From assembly GCA_944329445.1 (NCBI GenBank), contig CALVIH010000029.1:1-11709 (forward strand): a stretch of DNA of 11,709 nt. The letters are read 5' to 3'. Position 1 is the stretch's first letter; every line of letters begins with the position of its first letter. The DNA comes from an uncultured Bacilli bacterium. Lineage in GTDB: Bacteria; Bacillota_I; Bacilli_A; RF39; UBA660. The notes under the pieces are model-generated. The model was not told the origin of the DNA. It saw nothing but the letters and a program-made list of their open reading frames with translations, and did no database searches. Both the position numbers and the translations under genes were made by a program. This document shows positions 7,620 to 11,709 of this stretch, piece by piece.

Positions 7620-8515
7620 ATTTTTAAATATTTCCTTACCGCTCTATAACTACCAAACATACCAACAACAACACCTAATCCTAATAAAATTAAAGAAACA
7701 AAATATATAAATGGTTCAGCCGGTACCAATTTAATAAACGGCGAAAATAATTGCCCGTTAAAGTGCTTATACAAAGCCGAATAACCATATAATGTTACCG
7801 CGATAGGTATTAATGACCCCAAGAACCCTAAACAAAATCCCTCGATAACAAATGGTTGTTTAATAGAAAAGTTTGAAGCCCCAACTAACCTCATTATTTC
7901 TATTTCCCTTTTTCTTGAGAAAATTGTTATCTTTATTGTGTTTGTTATTAAGAATAAAGTTACAAACACCAAGGCTATCATTGCCACTATCATAGCTTTT
8001 TCTAAAACTTTAAAAATTGATAAAAGGTTCTCAACCATTCCTTGACCATATTGAACTTCATCGATAAGATCTAAATCAGAAATTTGTTCAGCAGTCTTAG
8101 ATATCTTTTCGGTATCTCTTACTTTTACTAATAAGGTATCATACAAAGGATTTGAGTCTTCTGACCAACTATCTATAATTTTTGATAATGAATCAGAAGT
8201 ATCTTTCATTTCGTTTGCTATTTCCGTTTTTGTTTGATGCTCAACTGACTCTACGTTTTTATATGATTCAATCGTCTTCTTCAAATCTTGTATTTCTTCG
8301 TCGGTTGCAGAGGTATTAACAAAAGAAACTATCGTGAAGTCTTCTTTTACTAACTTTGTCATGTTTTCTACGTTGTAAGACACAACTATCGCAATTCCTA
8401 CTATTAATAAAGTAATTGTTATACACGAAATGGAAGCTATCGAAAGACTTAAATTTCTGCCGACACTTTTAAACCCATCTCTTATGTTTCTTAAAAGAAT
8501 TCTAATTGCTTTCAT
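7616..8515 (-). CDS. ftsX: Cell-division ABC transporter permease-like protein FtsX
   Basis: The ORF track gives 7616..8539. I prefer the ATG at 8515 (MKAIRILLRNIRDGFKSVGRN...) because it aligns with the usual FtsX N-terminus (MKx..R.lReg.kn..RN) and has AAGGAAG 11 nt upstream. The protein has one N-terminal TM helix, a large extracellular loop and three C-terminal TM helices. It overlaps ftsE by 14 nt, or 38 nt if the start is 8539. Confidence 0.9.
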   Translation of the reverse strand: MKAIRILLRNIRDGFKSVGRNLSLSIASISCITITLLIVGIAIVVSYNVENMTKLVKEDFTIVSFVNTSATDEEIQDLKKTIESYKNVESVEHQTKTEIANEMKDTSDSLSKIIDSWSEDSNPLYDTLLVKVRDTEKISKTAEQISDLDLIDEVQYGQGMVENLLSIFKVLEKAMIVAMIALVFVTLFLITNTIKITIFSRKREIEIMRLVGASNFSIKQPFVIEGFCLGFLGSLIPIAVTLYGYSALYKHFNGQLFSPFIKLVPAEPFIYFVSLILLGLGVVVGMFGSYRAVRKYLKI

Positions 8516-9200
8516 GATTACTATAACTTCCTTTCTCATAATCTTTTATAAGTTTTCCGTTATCTAGCAAAATAACTCTTTTCTTCATTTTATTTACCAT
8601 TTCTTTATCATGAGTTACCATTACTACGGTTGTGCCTAAGTCATTTATTTTTTCAATTACTTTCATAACTTCTAAACTCGTATCAGGATCAAGGTTACCA
8701 GTTGGCTCATCACAAATAAGTAATTTTGGAGAGTTTACTATTGCTCTTGCAATTGCAACCCTTTGTTGCTCACCACCAGATAATTGATCAGGATAACTTT
8801 TAGTTCTTGATTTTAATCCTACTAAGTCAAGCGCCTTTAATACCTTTCTTTTTACCTCTTGTGTTGGTAACCCGTATATTTCAAGCGCAAAAGCTACGTT
8901 TTCATAAACCGTAAGTTTAGGAAGCAACTTAAAGTCCTGAAACACTATTCCGATTTTTCTTCTTAATTTATAAACCTTACTATTTTTTACCTTCGCAACG
9001 TTAATACCACCAACATAAATTTCTCCATGCGTTGGCTTCTCTTCACGATATAGCATCTTTATTAGCGTAGATTTACCAGATCCAGATGCACCTGTTACAA
9101 AGACAAATTCACCTTTTTTAATATCTAAATTTAAATTATAAACCGCGTTTACTCCATTTTTATAAGTTTTTTCCACGTTTCTAAACTTGATAAATTCCAT
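8502..9200 (-). CDS. ftsE: Cell-division ATP-binding protein FtsE
   Basis: 232 aa with Walker A GASGSGKST, ABC signature LSGGEQQRVAIARA, Walker B LLICDEPTGNLD and H-loop MVTHD. It lies immediately upstream of ftsX. Confidence 0.95.
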   Translation of the reverse strand: MEFIKFRNVEKTYKNGVNAVYNLNLDIKKGEFVFVTGASGSGKSTLIKMLYREEKPTHGEIYVGGINVAKVKNSKVYKLRRKIGIVFQDFKLLPKLTVYENVAFALEIYGLPTQEVKRKVLKALDLVGLKSRTKSYPDQLSGGEQQRVAIARAIVNSPKLLICDEPTGNLDPDTSLEVMKVIEKINDLGTTVVMVTHDKEMVNKMKKRVILLDNGKLIKDYEKGSYSNHESN

Positions 9201-9278
9201 AATCCCTTCACTTCCTTTACTGCTAAATACTTTGTTTATATTTAAATAATATTAATTATTAGTTTCATTTTATCTAAT

Positions 9279-10196
9279 TTAGTTAATTCCGACTAGCTCA
9301 CTTCCTTTTCCACTATAGGTTCCGGACGTTTGATATGCATCCGTAACCAAGATGACCGCCTTTGGGTCTATATGTTCAATACCTTCACTTACTTTAAAAT
9401 AATCACTAGTTGGAACCACGCACATAATTATTTGGTCCTTTTTGTTCGTGTATCCTCCTCTGGTTTCAATAAGCGTAATTCCTAGGTTTAATTCATTTAG
9501 TAAGTATTCGATTACCGCATCATCTTTATCCGTTGTTATATAAACGGCCTTGCTCTTCGATATACCAAGTACTACTTTATCAACTAAGATGTTTATAATG
9601 TATAAAACTATCATTGCATATAAAACCCTTGTCCAGCCAAAGAAGAAACCACCAATAATAGTAATCACACCATCTGTTAAAAGCATGGACGTTCCCATTG
9701 ATACTTTAAAATACTTAGCAACTATCTGGTTTAAAATGTCTGTTCCTCCAGTAGTGAAACCACTTTTAAAAACGATTCCAGCAGCCATTCCAACGCAAAC
9801 GCCACCAATTATTGCAATAAGTAAAAGATTACTATTGTCAATTTTTATATAATCGCCAATACCCCTAGTAAGATTTACAAAAAGAGGATATAATAACGAC
9901 CCTACCAATGAGTTAATCGTTTTTTCTTTCCCTAACAAGAAAAAACTCAAAATCAGAAAAAATACGTTAAGGATAAGAATCATGGTAGATGGTTCTATTA
10001 TACTTTGAGTGATTATTGATATACCACTTGCTCCACCATAAACAATGTTGTTTTTAAAGAAAAACAAGTTATAAGCTATTGCGTATATCAAAACTCCAAT
10101 TAATAAGAACACACACCTTTTAAAAAGATGAGCCTTTTGTACTATTTTTAAGATATTATCAGACTTTTTATTTTTAAATATTTTAAACACTCTCAT
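9279..10196 (-). CDS. YitT-family (DUF161/DUF2179) integral membrane protein, positional equivalent of B. subtilis yvjA
   Basis: 305 aa with multiple TM helices. It has the YitT hallmarks GGASGISII and GFTTGGTDIL, and a C-terminal soluble DUF2179-like domain (AVYITTDKDDAVIEYLLNELNLGITLIETRGGYT). Its ATG overlaps the prfB TGA (ATGA at 10193-10196). Confidence 0.9.
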   Translation of the reverse strand: MRVFKIFKNKKSDNILKIVQKAHLFKRCVFLLIGVLIYAIAYNLFFFKNNIVYGGASGISIITQSIIEPSTMILILNVFFLILSFFLLGKEKTINSLVGSLLYPLFVNLTRGIGDYIKIDNSNLLLIAIIGGVCVGMAAGIVFKSGFTTGGTDILNQIVAKYFKVSMGTSMLLTDGVITIIGGFFFGWTRVLYAMIVLYIINILVDKVVLGISKSKAVYITTDKDDAVIEYLLNELNLGITLIETRGGYTNKKDQIIMCVVPTSDYFKVSEGIEHIDPKAVILVTDAYQTSGTYSGKGSELVGIN

Positions 10197-11291
10197 TTTA
10201 ATCTTTCTCCTTTTAAATTACTTTCTATAAAACCATCTAAATCTCCATCTAATACCTTGTTAACATTAGTCGTCTCGTAGTTTGTTCGATGATCCTTTAT
10301 CATAGAGTATGGATGAAGTACGTAACTTCTAATTTGTGAACCAAACTCTATGCCTGCATGGTCACTTTTTATTGTATTTATTCGGTCCTTTTGCTCTTTT
10401 AATTTTAACTGATATAGTTTACTTTTTAATATTTTTAAAGCTGTTTCCTTGTTTTTTATTTGGCTTCTTTCGTTTTGGCAAGTAATAACTATCCCCGTTG
10501 GTAAATGCGTCACCCTAACAGCGCTATCAGTTGTATTAACTCCTTGGCCTCCAGCACCACTACTTCTATAAACATCTATTCTAACATCTTGATCTTTTAT
10601 TTCAACATCTACGTTATCATCAAACTCAGGAATAACGTCAACGGCCGCAAAGGAGGTGTGTCTTCGGTTGTTTGAATCAAAAGGTGATAGCCTAACCAGA
10701 CGATGAACACCTTTCTCGTTCTTTAAGTATCCGTAAGCAAAACGCCCTTTTACTATATAGACTATACTTTTAATACCAGTTTCTTCTCCAGGTTGTTCAT
10801 CAATAACTTCATACGTATACCCTTTTTTATTAAAATATTTAGTATACATTCTAGAAAGCATCATTGCCCAATCACAACTTTCTGTACCACCGGCCCCCGC
10901 GTGTATCTCAAAAATTGCGGCATTATTATCAAATTCCCCACTAAGATATGTTAAAGTTTCTTGCTCTTTTAATAATTTAATTGTTCCTTCATACAAGCTC
11001 TCAAACTCTTTTTTCATATCATCATCTAACGCTTCGTCATCAAACTCGTCGTATTGTTTAAGAATTTCTATATTGTTCTTCAACTTAAGTACCGGATTTA
11101 GTATTTCTTTTAATCCATTCAACTCTTTAGTTAGAGCTTCCGCATTAGAAGGATTACTCCAGATGTTAGGATCTGATATTTTTTCACTTAATAAAGTTAT
11201 TCTTTCCTGTTTTTTTGAGGCGTCAAAGACAACTCCATATATGGTTAAAATTTTCTTCTAATAATAAAATATCCTTATTTGTAATTGCCAT
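10193..11291 (-). CDS. prfB: Peptide chain release factor 2, expressed through a programmed +1 ribosomal frameshift (365 aa once joined)
   Basis: The ORF track shows only 10193..11122. Frame 0 starts at the ATG at 11291 (MAITNKDILLLEENFNHIWSCL) and hits TGA at 11225-11223 within CTT TGA C. Shifting +1 gives GAC at 11224 and continues DASKKQERITLLSEKISDPNIWSNPSNAEALTKELNGLKEIL..., in frame with the tracked ORF (11224-11122 = 102 nt). The RF2-specific SPF motif and the GGQ motif (SGAGGQGVN) are present. Confidence 0.93.
11222..11236 (-). promoter_or_regulatory. prfB recoding site: internal SD-like GGAG followed by the slippery sequence CTT TGA C
   Basis: The minus strand reads ATATGGAGTTGTCTTTGACGCC. 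GGAG (plus-strand ctcc, 11233-11236) lies 4 nt upstream of CTT (11228-11226). It is followed by TGA (11225-11223) and C (11222). Confidence 0.85.
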
Positions 11292-11308
11292 ATAATCACC
11301 TATTATTC

Positions 11309-11317
11309 ATTATAACA
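11309..11317 (-). promoter_or_regulatory. Possible extended -10 (TGTTATAAT) promoter for prfB
   Basis: The minus strand reads catatttaTGTTATAATgaataAGGTGAttatATG, a perfect TGnTATAAT about 17 nt upstream of the ATG, which implies a very short leader. The nearest TTG-type -35 (TTGTGA) is 23 nt away, which is too far. Confidence 0.35.
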
Positions 11318-11431
11318 TAAATATGATATTAATAAAATCACAAAGTATTAAAAACATCTGGAATTATTTTCCATGTCTACTATAATCCATTTTATATTTT
11401 ATTATAAAAATATGTAAAAAAAATTACAAAA

Positions 11432-11453
11432 AAAACTACTGTATAGTAGTTTT
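11432..11453 (-). terminator. Rho-independent terminator after the zinc-ribbon gene
   Basis: Inverted repeat aaaactact (11432-11440) / agtagtttt (11445-11453) with a 4-nt loop. On the minus strand it is followed by a long T-run (tttttttttgtaatttttttt). It overlaps the stop codon at 11452-11454. Confidence 0.7.
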
Positions 11454-11709
11454 AGTCACCAAACATCTCAAAAACTTCACTTATAAAAGAACTTTTTCTT
11501 TTCTTTTTAAAACCATGTTTTTTATCATCATAATTTTCTTTATTTTGGTCATGTTTTACTTCTTGATATGTTTTTTCTTCTTTTTCTAGTATTTTTTCTA
11601 ATTCCCCACGATCTAACCAAATACCACGACATCCTGGGCAATAATCAATTTCAACACCCTTTTTTTCTGACATTAACAAAGTTACATCTTTACATACTGG
11701 ACATTTCAT
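11452..11709 (-). CDS. Small TFIIB-type zinc-ribbon protein (zf-TFIIB / PF13453-like) with a Lys-rich tail
   Basis: 85 aa. It has two CxxC pairs (CPVC ... CPGCRGIWLDRGELEKI) with the family-typical GxWLDxGEL motif and a basic C-terminus (KKHGFKKKRKSSFISEVF). The ATG occupies the last three bases of the window. Confidence 0.85.
   Translation of the reverse strand: MKCPVCKDVTLLMSEKKGVEIDYCPGCRGIWLDRGELEKILEKEEKTYQEVKHDQNKENYDDKKHGFKKKRKSSFISEVFEMFGD

Noticed and set aside
7616-8539. Longer ftsX start at the ATG at 8539, as given in the ORF track (MRKEVIVIMKAIR...)
   Set aside because: The extra 8 codons overlap ftsE by 38 nt, and they contain the AAGGAAG that serves as the SD for the ATG at 8515. 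The shorter product matches the usual FtsX N-terminus. I kept 8539 as an alternative only.
9550-9852. Plus-strand 100-aa ORF
   Set aside because: It is antisense inside the YitT-family gene. The hydrophobic translation mirrors the membrane protein on the opposite strand.
11073-11261. Plus-strand 62-aa ORF across the prfB frameshift region
   Set aside because: It is antisense to prfB. The region is fully explained by the two prfB reading frames joined at CTT TGA C.
1-11709. Scan for tRNA or rRNA genes, CRISPR repeats, IS or transposase genes, integrases and long inverted or direct repeats marking a mobile element
   Set aside because: I recognised none. Intergenic regions are short and are accounted for by promoters, terminators and the uvrB leader. 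No repeat pair flanks the low-GC orphan gene to suggest a defined insertion boundary.

Overview
AT-rich (roughly 30% GC by eye), Firmicutes-like chromosomal segment. All 11 genes I can support lie on the minus strand, so transcription runs from high to low coordinates. In that order they are: a TFIIB-type zinc-ribbon protein | prfB (with its programmed +1 frameshift) - YitT/DUF2179 membrane protein - ftsE - ftsX - coiled-coil M23 peptidase | Nudix hydrolase - 279-aa orphan protein | uvrB - DUF4190/DUF4352-like membrane protein - uvrA (truncated at the window edge and missing from the ORF track). As I recall it, this matches the conserved Bacillus-type neighbourhood prfB-yvjA-ftsEX ... uvrBA. 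TGA is used as a stop codon and RF2 is present, so this is genetic code 11. I found no tRNA, rRNA, CRISPR array, IS element or integrase. This is mostly a housekeeping region and I see no convincing multi-gene novel system. The best leads are: (1) a markedly low-GC, Tyr/Lys/Asn-rich orphan gene (4938..5777) that sits with a Nudix gene in a cassette bounded by terminators, in the variable slot between ftsEX-M23 and uvrB; and (2) four copies of a 9-mer (TAACACTAA) at roughly helical spacing, overlapping the predicted uvrB promoter and early leader, where no Gram-positive LexA (Cheo) box is visible. All promoter and terminator calls come from reading the sequence by eye and are provisional.
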